Below, one piece after another: positions 34,347-42,851 of a DNA stretch of 42,851 nucleotides; positions within the stretch are counted from its first letter, which is position 1, and each line of letters starts with the position of its first letter. Source of the stretch: a virus. Taxonomy: Duplodnaviria; Heunggongvirae; Uroviricota; Caudoviricetes. A program made the position numbers and the translations under genes. The stretch lies in the IMG/VR virus record IMGVR_UViG_2875722834_000006; one strand, 5' to 3'. The notes beneath the pieces are model-generated. The model saw nothing but the letters and a program-made list of their open reading frames with translations, was not told where the DNA came from and searched no databases.

Positions 34347-34952
34347 TTACTTCTCCATACAAGATTTGTCTGCCACGACGCCCGGAGCTGCACACTCGCG
34401 GGCGTCACCTTTTTCCGGCGCACAAAACACACGGAAAAGCAGCGTCAAATGTTCCTGCCACTTAGCCATCACCTGATAGCTGTTCTCTTCAATCTGGGCG
34501 CGTTCCTGAGCATCAATAACGCCGTCAGCGGTAGCTTTGCGAACGTATTGCGAATGCCTGCCGATCCACTCCACTGACTCCATAAGACGCTGGTTGATGT
34601 CACCGTTCTCTATTTCTTCAACGTCAGCCAATGGCACGAAAACACCGTTCGAGTGACGTGCAATAGCGTTCGCTATGTGGTTTGAACCACCAGCACGTTG
34701 AAGCACCATCGCCCAACCGAGCTGGAAGATCTGATCGCCATCGGTACGCAGCCGGTTAAACAGCGCGTTCTCGGTCACACCCAACCACTCAGCAGCTTCT
34801 GAATATCCGCCAGGCAGCTCGGTGATCGTTTTTTTGATTGCGGCCACCAGCCAGGCTGGCTGCTTATCTACTTTCCATTCAGGTTCTATACCCACGGCTA
34901 GGTCCTCCCTTCTGTGGTTATTTCTGATCGCTTGGCGATGTATTCTTGCCAT
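34347..34952 (-). CDS. CII-like / phage regulatory protein (HTH-containing)
   Basis: Predicted HTH (YSEAAEWLGVTENALFNRL); position directly downstream of cro; start ambiguous (GTG 34979 or ATG 34952). Confidence 0.4.
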   Translation of the reverse strand: MARIHRQAIRNNHRREDLAVGIEPEWKVDKQPAWLVAAIKKTITELPGGYSEAAEWLGVTENALFNRLRTDGDQIFQLGWAMVLQRAGGSNHIANAIARHSNGVFVPLADVEEIENGDINQRLMESVEWIGRHSQYVRKATADGVIDAQERAQIEENSYQVMAKWQEHLTLLFRVFCAPEKGDARECAAPGVVADKSCMEK

Positions 34953-35133
34953 AACGTTCTGGGTTAAATTCCAGTTCACCAGCAGTTCGATACGCAGCTT
35001 CAGCAGCTCGTCCTTTTGGGATTAAGCGTCCGGGGCGGTTACGCCACTGGTAAACGGCCTCACTGGTGATGCCAAAAAATTCGGCAACTTTTTCAGTGCT
35101 GCCGAAATGTTGTTCAATCTCGTCGGTTGTCAT
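34918..35133 (-). CDS. cro: Cro-like repressor (Cro/YdaS-type HTH)
   Basis: 71-aa HTH protein (KVAEFFGITSEAVYQWR), AAGGAGG RBS, divergent from cI-like gene across operator region. Confidence 0.7.
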   Translation of the reverse strand: MTTDEIEQHFGSTEKVAEFFGITSEAVYQWRNRPGRLIPKGRAAEAAYRTAGELEFNPERYGKNTSPSDQK

Positions 35134-35232
35134 GAAGCCTCCTTAGCTAAGTTTGGTTAGATATTAATAACCAATCTAACTTTGGTCAATAAAAACTAAG
35201 ATTACTTAGTCTTTTTTAAACTTGGTGCTTTC
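35134..35232. promoter_or_regulatory. Right operator/promoter region: PR (-35 TTGACC, -10 TAATAT on minus strand) with three CTAAG-containing operator repeats
   Basis: Minus-strand TTGACC-17bp-TAATAT upstream of cro RBS; repeats CTAAGTTTGGTTAGAT (35147-35162), ACCAATCTAACTTTGGT (35171-35187), CTAAGATTACTTAG (35196-35209). Confidence 0.65.
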
Positions 35233-35859
35233 ATGGAAACGGTTGGTCAGCGCATTAAAGCCCTACGTAGGGTTACAAGAACCTCTCAAAAAGAACTGGG
35301 TAAGTTCTGCGGGGTTAGTGACGTAGCGGTGGGTTATTGGGAAAAGGATGTGAATATCCCAAACGGTGAATCGCTGGTTAAGCTGGCGAAATTCTTTAAC
35401 ACATCAATAGATTACATTCTTTACGGCACTGAATTTGAAGGCACCCTCATAACTAAAATGAGGCGTGTCCCGGTGATTTCATGGGTTCAAGCTGGGCAGT
35501 TCACGGAATGTAAAGCCGCTGATTTGTTCAGTGATGTCGATAAATGGGTTGAAACATCACTTCGCATTGGGGATAACTCGTTCGCTTTAGAGGTCAAAGG
35601 GGATTCAATGACCAATCCAAATGGCCTCCCAACAATCCCTGAAGGGGCAACCGTTATTGTTGATCCAGATGCCGAACCCCTTCATGGCAAGATTGTGGTT
35701 GCGCGTCTTGATGGCACTAATGAAGCGACTGTTAAAAAACTTGTCATTGATGGCCCACAAAAATTTTTAGTGCCACTAAATCCTCGCTACCCCAACATCC
35801 CGATCAATGGTAACTGCCTCATTATTGGCGTTGTTAAAGGCGTTCAGTACGAACTCTAA
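35233..35859 (+). CDS. cI: CI-like repressor (N-terminal HTH, C-terminal LexA/S24 peptidase-like autocleavage domain)
   Basis: HTH (TSQKELGKFCGVSDVAVGYWE) and S24 signature (EVKGDSMTNP...K) with divergent cro. Confidence 0.85.
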   Translation: METVGQRIKALRRVTRTSQKELGKFCGVSDVAVGYWEKDVNIPNGESLVKLAKFFNTSIDYILYGTEFEGTLITKMRRVPVISWVQAGQFTECKAADLFSDVDKWVETSLRIGDNSFALEVKGDSMTNPNGLPTIPEGATVIVDPDAEPLHGKIVVARLDGTNEATVKKLVIDGPQKFLVPLNPRYPNIPINGNCLIIGVVKGVQYEL

Positions 35860-35884
35860 TCCCTTCCCACTCTTCCTCTAAGCA

Positions 35885-35945
35885 TCAAGCTAAGTTTAGT
35901 TTGATGTTTTCACTTGACCAGAAAACTAAGTTAAGTTAGATTTTT
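35885..35945 (+). promoter_or_regulatory. Left operator/promoter region: PL-like promoter (TTGACC 35914-35919, TAGATT 35937-35942) with operator repeats CTAAGTTTAGTTTGAT and CTAAGTTAAGTTAGAT
   Basis: Same CTAAG-type repeats as in OR; 17-bp spacer promoter overlapping second repeat. Confidence 0.55.
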
Positions 35946-36486
35946 TTCTGTCGACACCAAACCACCGCGCCTGATGTGGTTAAAAGCAGGCCAAAGCAAT
36001 AAGAAGTGATCCCTGTTCTGGCTGCTCACTTTCCCCTTGAGGGTGACAGCCAGCTTTTTAAGGGCACAACAGGCGAGAGCATTGCTGATTATCGGACTGC
36101 GTGAGACGCGACGCGGTAAAGCAGGTAAACAGTGCTCTCACCGTTGTGGTAATGCGGCTCTGCGCACGTGACGAGGCCAACAAGTTTTTATTTCAACTTT
36201 TGAAATGAATACGTTTCTTGTGGTGTAGCGTCGCCGGTTCTGGCCGGTCCGGCAGGTGGAGGCACCACCGCCACAACAACATCATTGCTGTGTGTAGTCT
36301 TTGCCCATCACATCGGTGGGCACCTTTTTTACACAAGAGACAAGGGCATCACCGGGCGACGGGCTCATTCCCCAATCCACCCGGGCAAGAGGATAGCGAT
36401 TGCAGTCGCCGACAAATGCAGGTGCCCTTCTCTGTTGTGTATGGAGAAAGTTCGGCGGTGGCAGCCGCCATAACGAGGGTAAAACC

Positions 36487-36858
36487 ATGAGTAATGACCG
36501 CATGACCGTAGTGCCCGACTTTTTGGGCGAGCTGGATGCCGGTGTGTTCATGAACAAAATCGCGGCAGCACTTAACACCACCGCGCTTGGCGTTCTGAAC
36601 AACGGCAACAAAGGCAAAGTAGTCCTCACCTTTGATTTTGAGCGTATGGGTAATTCCGTTGAAGAGAAGCGCGTCAAGATCAAGCACAAGCTGAACTACA
36701 GCACCCCAACCCCGCGCGGTAAAGCCTCCGAAGAGGACACAACCGAAACCCCTATGTGGGTTAACAAAGGCGGGAAGCTAACCATCCTCCAGGAGGATCA
36801 GGGGCAACTGTTCGGGATCACCGGCGCGGTGGACGGAAAGCTTAAAGCGGCTCAGTGA
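36487..36858 (+). CDS. Hypothetical early protein (123 aa), YfdP-like position
   Basis: ATG at 36487 with GAGGG RBS; first recognisable ORF of leftward early operon. Confidence 0.5.
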   Translation: MSNDRMTVVPDFLGELDAGVFMNKIAAALNTTALGVLNNGNKGKVVLTFDFERMGNSVEEKRVKIKHKLNYSTPTPRGKASEEDTTETPMWVNKGGKLTILQEDQGQLFGITGAVDGKLKAAQ

Positions 36859-36914
36859 TCCGCAACAACAAACTCACTGATACCACTTTGATCATCAGTT
36901 AATAAGGAATTTTT

Positions 36915-37742
36915 ATGTCTCAGTTAGACAGCGGCACCTTCAAGCAGGTCAAAGACCTGGTCCTTTCCGGTTATCACCTGAATGATATTCATGGCCTGGC
37001 TTGCCCGACCGCATTACTGCCAGAGGGTACTGGCGTTGAAAGCCTTGAGCGCTTTTCTCTGGAACGTTTCCGCTTTCGTGGCGCAATGACCACAACCAGT
37101 ATTGACGACTTCGCACGTTATTCTAAAGGTTATGCCAGCGCCAGCGAGCCAGCTCGTTGCTTCATTGACGCTGACAACATGACCGCCCGTTCAGTGTTCA
37201 ACATCGGCACCCTGGATAACCCCGGTCACGCCGATAACGTTGCTTCAATCACTCTGAAGAAAACCGCCCCGTTTCGCGCGCTACTACAGATCGATGGTCA
37301 GCGTCTGAAACAAAAGCAAATCGCTGAATGGCTGGAAGACTGGAGTGATTACCTGCTGGCGTTTGACGCTGATGGTAAGACGATGGAGATTTCTCAGGCG
37401 GCTCAGGCCGTGCGTCGTATCACTATCCAACAAGCAACCCAGCAGGATCATGAAACTGGTGATTTCGCTTGTAAAAAATCACTCATGCAAAGCGTCGAAG
37501 CAAGCAGCAAAGACGTAATGCCGGTAGCGTTCGAATTCAAATGTGTGCCGTATGAAGGTCTGGGCGAACGCCGCTTTAGCTTGCGTAACAGCCTGCTGAC
37601 CAGCGATGAACCCTGCTTTGTTCTGCGCATCGTCCAACTTGAAGCCCAGGAAGAAGCAATCGCCAACGAATTCCGCGATTTACTGATCAGCAAGTTCGAC
37701 GGTGAATCAGTGGAAACTTTCATCGGTAACTTTAAAGCCTAA
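36915..37742 (+). CDS. YfdQ-like (DUF2303) prophage protein
   Basis: 275-aa ORF starting MSQLDSGTFKQVKDLVLSG with AAGGAA RBS; family assignment by recollection. Confidence 0.5.
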   Translation: MSQLDSGTFKQVKDLVLSGYHLNDIHGLACPTALLPEGTGVESLERFSLERFRFRGAMTTTSIDDFARYSKGYASASEPARCFIDADNMTARSVFNIGTLDNPGHADNVASITLKKTAPFRALLQIDGQRLKQKQIAEWLEDWSDYLLAFDADGKTMEISQAAQAVRRITIQQATQQDHETGDFACKKSLMQSVEASSKDVMPVAFEFKCVPYEGLGERRFSLRNSLLTSDEPCFVLRIVQLEAQEEAIANEFRDLLISKFDGESVETFIGNFKA

Positions 37743-37870
37743 TTGCTCTGCATTAAATCCCCGGCGCCGCGGGGATTTATTGAAGCGTAATTCCATTAAT
37801 TATCGCCATCCGGCGAGGGATTCGTGCAACCAAAATCTGCGCGGTACAGCGCGCCAATATGGAGAAAACC

Positions 37871-38410
37871 ATGAGCTACATTCAGACATTATCCGGCAAA
37901 CACTTTAATTACCTCGATATCCAACAGGACGATATCGTCATCGAGGATATTGCTACTGCGCTGTCTCATATCTGCCGTTTTGCTGGGCATCTTCCTGAGT
38001 TTTACAGCGTCGGCCAGCATAGCGTTTTAACCAGCCATCTCGTTCCGCAGGAGTTTGCCTTAGAAGCACTGCTTCATGATGCCGCCGAAGCCTACCTGCA
38101 AGATATTCCCTCACCGCTTAAGCGCCTGTTACCGGATTACCAGGTGATCGAAGCTCGCGTAGACGCTGCTATTCGCCAGAAATTTGGCCTACCGACGGAG
38201 CAACACCCAACAGTGAAATATGCCGATCTGGTGATGCTCGCCAGCGAACGCCGCGATTTTGAGATTGACGAAGGTTCCGTGTGGCCATGCCTCGATGGCG
38301 TTGTCCCGACGGACCTATTCATCATCAATCCAGTTCGTCCAGGCCAGTCATACGGCATGTTCATAAATCGCTTTAATGAGTTGATGGAGCAGCGTCAATG
38401 CGCCGCATGA
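37871..38410 (+). CDS. HD-domain phosphohydrolase (YfdR-like)
   Basis: H...HD motif (ALSHICRFAGH, LLHDAAEAY); GGAG RBS before ATG 37871. Confidence 0.6.
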   Translation: MSYIQTLSGKHFNYLDIQQDDIVIEDIATALSHICRFAGHLPEFYSVGQHSVLTSHLVPQEFALEALLHDAAEAYLQDIPSPLKRLLPDYQVIEARVDAAIRQKFGLPTEQHPTVKYADLVMLASERRDFEIDEGSVWPCLDGVVPTDLFIINPVRPGQSYGMFINRFNELMEQRQCAA

Positions 38411-38574
38411 AGGTAAAAGAACTCGTGGCGGAGGCGTTTGCCTCCGTGGCTGAATTGCCACCAAAGCATGCATCGCTTATGCGCGAAGTCGCTACCAGGC
38501 TTGAAGCTACGTTCGCAGCATTAACCGAATCATTGGCGCAACTGGAACAGGAACGTAAAGGTAAAACGCAATGA
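38407..38574 (+). CDS. Small hypothetical protein (55 aa), translationally coupled
   Basis: ATGA overlaps at both ends (38407-38410 and 38571-38574); below ORF-track size cutoff. Confidence 0.35.
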   Translation: MKVKELVAEAFASVAELPPKHASLMREVATRLEATFAALTESLAQLEQERKGKTQ

Positions 38575-38825
38575 CCGTATTTGAATATCTCCAGGGCCAC
38601 CCGAACGCCACCAGCGGTGAAATCGCAAGGGCGATGGGTAAAAAGACGCCAGCCGTAGCCAGCGCACTATCTCAGCTTTATGCAACAGGGAGAATTGTTA
38701 AGTCTGGCGCACGCGGTGGGATACCGACATACCGCGTCAATGATCTGCCGTTTGGATGCAGCAATAACTTAACGCTGATATTTAACCAGCTTCTGCGAAA
38801 CGTCCGCAAAGGAGCAGCCCAATGA
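38571..38825 (+). CDS. Small winged-helix DNA-binding protein
   Basis: 84-aa ORF with HTH-like TSGEIARAMGKKTPAVASALSQL. Confidence 0.5.
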   Translation: MTVFEYLQGHPNATSGEIARAMGKKTPAVASALSQLYATGRIVKSGARGGIPTYRVNDLPFGCSNNLTLIFNQLLRNVRKGAAQ

Positions 38826-39139
38826 GCAAATTTACGGCATTACCAGTAGAACGCGACCAATACGGCTACTGGACTCACCCCGTCTATGAGCAATTTTGCG
38901 ATGGTCGTGAATTTATCTCACCTGATGAGTTCAACGCCTGGCTGGATAAAAACGGCCTCGAATGGACGGTAGTTTACCGGGATGAAGAAGACATCGATCC
39001 TGAAGTTGATGGTTACGATATTTCAGCCTGGCAGCCAGAATCGCCAGCCGGTGAAGGTTGGTTTGTCGGTTCAATTCACAACGCCGAAGATGGCGCGGTA
39101 TGCATCTGGTTACGTAACGTTGAAGGCGGTGCAGCATGA
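38822..39139 (+). CDS. Hypothetical protein (105 aa)
   Basis: ORF overlapping upstream stop (ATGA), acidic/aromatic composition. Confidence 0.45.
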   Translation: MSKFTALPVERDQYGYWTHPVYEQFCDGREFISPDEFNAWLDKNGLEWTVVYRDEEDIDPEVDGYDISAWQPESPAGEGWFVGSIHNAEDGAVCIWLRNVEGGAA

Positions 39140-39293
39140 CAGTCCATACACTGAAGCAATGCCGCCCGGACCAAGAAGAAGCGCATGACTGGCGCTGACT
39201 GGCTGACAGCGATTGAGATGTACAAACCAACTGTGCGCATCGTGGAAGTTAATGTGCCACGCGCCGCTGGCATTCGCATCAAAGGAGAGTGAT

Positions 39294-39809
39294 ATGGCGT
39301 TAACACACCGCGAACTCTGTCAGATTGCGTACAAGTTCCTTAAGCGCAACGGGTTCAAGGTTTGTTTTCATGACCGCTTTATAGCTGTAACCAGTACCGG
39401 AGAACAGCCAGATGCTATGGGATTCAGAAATTCAGCATCATGCCTGATAGAGGCGAAGTGTTCTCGTGCTGACTTGTTGGCAGATAGAAAAAAGCGTTTC
39501 CGTAAAAATCCCTCACTTGGCATGGGCGACTGGCGATTCTTTATTAGTGAGCCGGGAATTATTTCAGTTGAGGATTTACCTCCCGGCTGGGGATTACTTC
39601 ACGTTGTTAACGGAAGAGTACGGAAAGTACATGGGTGGCCCAAGGGTAATTGCTGTTGGGGTAATCCTGACGATAAGCCATTTACTGGAAATAAGCAGGT
39701 TGAATGCGATTACATGTTATCTGCATTAAGGCGCATGGAGTTGAGAGGGCACCTTAATGAAATATATGACGGTGTAATTGTTAATAAGAAAGAAGGAAAC
39801 GCGGCATGA
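39294..39809 (+). CDS. PD-(D/E)xK-type nuclease-fold protein (MmcB-like)
   Basis: QPDAMGF...LIEAKCS matches PD-x(n)-E-x-K arrangement; AAGGAG RBS before ATG 39294. Confidence 0.5.
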   Translation: MALTHRELCQIAYKFLKRNGFKVCFHDRFIAVTSTGEQPDAMGFRNSASCLIEAKCSRADLLADRKKRFRKNPSLGMGDWRFFISEPGIISVEDLPPGWGLLHVVNGRVRKVHGWPKGNCCWGNPDDKPFTGNKQVECDYMLSALRRMELRGHLNEIYDGVIVNKKEGNAA

Positions 39810-40420
39810 CCACTATTACCAAAGAACGTATTGAATTGTTCATTAAAAATCCGCTTGAAAACGGACTTACCCGTGGCGAACAAATGGAACTGGCACGGAT
39901 TGCACTGGCATCACTGGAAGCGGAGCCTGTAAGCCAAGCTTACAACTTGCCACAAACGCACTTTGAACAGGTTGCTGACCTTTACGAAATGCAATTTGAG
40001 GATGGACGCACTTGTACCTTTCACACTGATGCGCAAAAGGCTGTGCAATGGCTTCAGGCGTGCGACGGAAACAGGGTTCAGGAATACGTTAAGCTGGAAC
40101 GATTGCAGAACGCACTGTCTGGCAACTCTCCGGTAGCTCCGGATGGTTTGTTAGGTTGTGGTGAAAATTGCTGGTCATGTGGCAAGTATTTTACATACGA
40201 ACAGCACTCTGAATGCGACGGATACTGCCCACACTGTAACTCTCCTGTTGATCTTGATGATGAAGAAGACCAGCCATCGAAAGTAGTGCCAACTAATCCT
40301 ACGGAAGAGATGATTTCTAACGCATGGAGGGAGGCAATCGGCAAGTGCGATCATGAAACCATTAAGCGCATATACGCGACAATGCTCGCAGCAGCACCAC
40401 AGCAGGAGGTGAAGCTGTGA
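39806..40420 (+). CDS. Hypothetical protein with C-terminal Cys-rich zinc-ribbon-like motif
   Basis: CGENCWSCG...CDGYCPHC cluster; overlapping start/stop with neighbours. Confidence 0.5.
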   Translation: MTTITKERIELFIKNPLENGLTRGEQMELARIALASLEAEPVSQAYNLPQTHFEQVADLYEMQFEDGRTCTFHTDAQKAVQWLQACDGNRVQEYVKLERLQNALSGNSPVAPDGLLGCGENCWSCGKYFTYEQHSECDGYCPHCNSPVDLDDEEDQPSKVVPTNPTEEMISNAWREAIGKCDHETIKRIYATMLAAAPQQEVKL

Positions 40421-40656
40421 CTAAATCAGAATTCCTCCAGAAGGTAGCGGTGCTGGCCGGTGAATGCCATAAGTTGGCCTGTGAGCTGGACATAGGCGAT
40501 GAACGAATAGAGATGTTCGAGATTTATGAAGTGCTTCGCCGAATCCAGCGGAGTGGTGCAGCCGGTGAAATGCTGGCTGCAACAAACCCTTTACTATCCC
40601 CTGGAATACCTGAGGACACTGAATGGGTAAATTTCCATAAAGAGGATCATGCCTGA
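40417..40656 (+). CDS. Hypothetical protein (79 aa)
   Basis: ORF translationally coupled to neighbours. Confidence 0.45.
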   Translation: MTKSEFLQKVAVLAGECHKLACELDIGDERIEMFEIYEVLRRIQRSGAAGEMLAATNPLLSPGIPEDTEWVNFHKEDHA

Positions 40657-40832
40657 TGCCTAAGACAATCATCATAACCTTAGAAATTGATGTTCCGGAA
40701 CACGCTACCGATAGCGACATATCAGATTGGGTAGACGTCGAGTACGGGCAGTGTGGTGGACAAAAATTAGATAACCCCTGCCGTGGCGATGCCACCGAAG
40801 TAATAAACCATTCATGGAAATTTGAGAGCTAA
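40656..40832 (+). CDS. Small hypothetical protein (58 aa)
   Basis: ATG overlapping upstream TGA; ends 3 nt before exonuclease start; below ORF-track cutoff. Confidence 0.3.
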   Translation: MPKTIIITLEIDVPEHATDSDISDWVDVEYGQCGGQKLDNPCRGDATEVINHSWKFES

Positions 40833-40834
40833 AG

Positions 40835-41407
40835 ATGAACGACTTAATGATTGACCTCGAATCAATGGGGAAAAAGCCAAACGCGCCGATCGTCTCAGTT
40901 GGTGCTGTCTTTTTTAACCCTCAAACAGGTGAACTTGGCCAAGAATTCTATACAGCCGTCTCGCTTGAAAGCTCAATGGATCAAGGCGCGGTACCGGATG
41001 GAGATACGATTCTTTGGTGGCTAAAACAAAGCCCTGAAGCGCGCTCAGCTATCTGCGTTGATGATGCGATGCCTATCACTGATGCACTGTCGGAACTTAG
41101 CCATTTCATTCACCGGCATGCATATAATCTCAAATACATGAAGGTCTGGGGTAACGGGGCCACCTTTGACAATGTGATTTTGCGCGGAGCTTACGAACGC
41201 GCCGGACGCATTTGCCCGTGGGAATTTTGGAACGATCATGATGTACGAACGATTGTTACCCTCGGTCGCAGTGTTGGTTTCGATCCGAAGCGTGACATGC
41301 CTTTCATTGGCGATGTTCACAACGCCCTGGCTGATGCGCGCCATCAGGCAAAATATGTGTCAGCAATTTGGCAGAAAATTATCCCTGCCACCAGCACCAA
41401 CGAGTAA
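40835..41407 (+). CDS. 3'-5' exonuclease, DnaQ-like (DEDDh)
   Basis: N-terminal MIDLES (D-x-E), downstream acidic residues and HNALADA (H-x4-D) motif. Confidence 0.6.
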   Translation: MNDLMIDLESMGKKPNAPIVSVGAVFFNPQTGELGQEFYTAVSLESSMDQGAVPDGDTILWWLKQSPEARSAICVDDAMPITDALSELSHFIHRHAYNLKYMKVWGNGATFDNVILRGAYERAGRICPWEFWNDHDVRTIVTLGRSVGFDPKRDMPFIGDVHNALADARHQAKYVSAIWQKIIPATSTNE

Positions 41408-41414
41408 ACCACAC

Positions 41415-41438
41415 AGCCCGGGTGCAGCCGGGCTTTAT
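41415..41438 (+). terminator. Hairpin (AGCCCGG-GTGCAG-CCGGGCT) with short U-tract after exonuclease gene
   Basis: Perfect 7-bp stem; weak T-run. Confidence 0.35.
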
Positions 41439-41451
41439 GGAGAAGGAAACC

Positions 41452-41661
41452 ATGGCAAAGCTAATGAAAGCGAGTCTCTGGAGTAAACGCGAATTTACCA
41501 AAGACTCCATTCCTGACAACCGTACAATAAAACGTTGGGTCGAAAACGGATTACTCATGGGAAGGATTGTAGATGGTTCAGTTTTTGTCTATGAAACCGA
41601 AAAGTGGGGAGTTGACTCAATTGTTAATCAGGCGGTACGTCAGTTAATAATTGAGGGTTGA
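41452..41661 (+). CDS. xis: Excisionase (Xis-like DNA-binding protein)
   Basis: 69-aa ORF immediately upstream of and overlapping integrase start, GGAGAAGGA RBS. Confidence 0.6.
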   Translation: MAKLMKASLWSKREFTKDSIPDNRTIKRWVENGLLMGRIVDGSVFVYETEKWGVDSIVNQAVRQLIIEG

Positions 41662-41663
41662 CC

Positions 41664-42851
41664 ATGGCAGCAAGGCCACGAAAAAAAGAATACCGCCACC
41701 TTCCTGATTATCTTTTTTTTGATAAAGATCGTGGCGTGTATAAGTTCACGCTTATAACTGGGAAAAAGAAAACTCTAGGTTCGGATCGAGTAATGGCTAT
41801 CGCCATCGCCCGAGAATATAACCTGAGGATGCGCCCTGAAAATACACCATCGATAGATTCATTAATTCGGGAATCGGGAGGGCTGAATGGTGAATCCCAC
41901 CCGTTTTCTGAACATGTTGATCGCATTATGGAGAGAGCTATCAAAGATGAGCAACCGTCTAAAAGCACACTTGACGATTGGAATAATGATGCCATCAGGG
42001 TTAAAGAATTTTTTAATAACATACCCGCATGCGACATTGAGCTTGAGCACGTAAATGCCTACATACGAAATTACCATTCTGAATCGTCGGCCAATGTTCA
42101 GAACCGAAAAGTTAGCTTCCTGAAAAAGCTATTCTCTTATGCTGTTGATGAATCGCTAATGATGGATAACCCTGCAACACGGAAAAAAATGCGGCGTGTC
42201 GATAAAAAGGTCCGCCGGCGACTTACTTTGGAGCAGTTCCTGGCCATACATGCAGCTGCTGAACCCTGGCTGAAGACAGCAATGGACCTTGCATTACAAA
42301 CTACTCAAGCACGCCTGGAAGTATCCCGGATCCGGTACTCGATCAAGGAACCTCAAGAAGGAGTTTGCGGCTGTGTATGGTTCGATCAGGAAGAGGCTGG
42401 CATATTCGGAACGCTTTACATTCATCGGCAAAAAGTGCAACACAAAGAGGCCTCTCACGTTGCAATTCCGATCGGCAGGGCCCTGAAAGAGATCATCGAC
42501 AATAGCAGAGACAATGTGGCCAGTCCTTATGTTGTTCACCGGCTTTTGGAAAAGAGAAGCAATCCGATAAGCAAGGAAGTTAACCACCCAACACAGGTGG
42601 CCCCTGATTATTTGAGCAGAGCATTTTCAGAGCTGCGGGACCGGATAGGTATAGCGGCAGAATTACCTATCAAAGAAAGGCCAACTTTCCACGAGATTAG
42701 AGCGCTGGCGGCTCATATTTTCGAAAGACAAGGTATCGATCCGCAGGCAAGGATGGCCCATAGTGATGCAAAATCGACAAAAATTTATACCCAGAACCAT
42801 GTTGAATGGGTAGAAGTTCCTCATGCTGAAATTGTCTTTAAAGCCGGGTGA
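41664..42851 (+). CDS. int: Tyrosine integrase (site-specific recombinase)
   Basis: C-terminal catalytic region with HEIRAL...AHSDAKSTKIYT (R..H..R..Y pattern); GAGGG RBS before ATG 41664; stop is last codon of window. Confidence 0.85.
   Translation: MAARPRKKEYRHLPDYLFFDKDRGVYKFTLITGKKKTLGSDRVMAIAIAREYNLRMRPENTPSIDSLIRESGGLNGESHPFSEHVDRIMERAIKDEQPSKSTLDDWNNDAIRVKEFFNNIPACDIELEHVNAYIRNYHSESSANVQNRKVSFLKKLFSYAVDESLMMDNPATRKKMRRVDKKVRRRLTLEQFLAIHAAAEPWLKTAMDLALQTTQARLEVSRIRYSIKEPQEGVCGCVWFDQEEAGIFGTLYIHRQKVQHKEASHVAIPIGRALKEIIDNSRDNVASPYVVHRLLEKRSNPISKEVNHPTQVAPDYLSRAFSELRDRIGIAAELPIKERPTFHEIRALAAHIFERQGIDPQARMAHSDAKSTKIYTQNHVEWVEVPHAEIVFKAG

Larger units (their letters stand above)
1..42851. 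mobile_element. Prophage, lambdoid regulatory/head organisation with Mu-like contractile tail; boundaries not visible (int stop coincides with window end)
   Basis: Uninterrupted phage gene order across the window: tail fibre/invertase, baseplate, tape measure, sheath, capsid, portal, terminase, cos repeats, lysis, Q, replication, cro/cI, xis, int. Confidence 0.85.

Noticed and set aside
36218-36490. Arg/His-rich 90-aa plus-strand ORF downstream of PL considered as an N-like antiterminator
   Set aside because: No RBS, non-canonical start, composition unlike known N arginine-rich motifs and overlaps the better-supported start of the next gene; kept only as part of the ORF-poor leader finding.
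1-42851. tRNA, rRNA or CRISPR array
   Set aside because: No regularly spaced direct repeats with unique spacers and no sequence with tRNA-like T-loop/acceptor features were seen; cannot exclude small RNAs without covariance-model search.

Overview
The whole 42.85-kb window reads as one nearly complete temperate-phage genome (prophage) of the enterobacterial lambdoid type, with a lambda-like head module joined to a Mu/P2-like contractile-tail module. All calls are from reading the sequence and ORF track by eye; no database search or HMM was run, so family names are recognition-level inferences. Layout, left to right: two unknown small genes and a DinI-like gene behind a LexA box (1-927); Hin/Gin-family invertase, tail-fibre assembly and tail-fibre genes (971-2936); Mu-like baseplate, tape measure (with a -1 frameshift chaperone), tube and sheath (2988-12793); neck genes and a lambda-like head (E, D, Nu3-like scaffold, C protease, portal, W, terminase A/Nu1; 12790-21828); a cos-like repeat array (21829-21976); two cargo-like genes, then Rz/Rz1, SAR-type endolysin and holin (22068-24519); an N6-adenine methyltransferase, and a low-GC two-gene insert (69-aa protein plus Clp-fold serine peptidase) bracketed by terminators in the Q-to-lysis cargo hot spot (24588-27086); Q-like antiterminator, DUF968/HNH, Rha antirepressor, C5-cytosine and Dam-like methyltransferases, O-like initiator with iterons (27411-34005); CII-like, Cro, operators, cI (34347-35945); a ~540-bp ORF-poor leader, then early-left accessory genes, xis and int ending at the window edge (36487-42851). 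No tRNA, rRNA or CRISPR array was seen. The best candidate for an undescribed system is the two-gene low-GC insert at 25859-27086; secondary candidates are the three-methyltransferase complement (one with a four-fold repeated variable region) and the ORF-poor leader downstream of PL.
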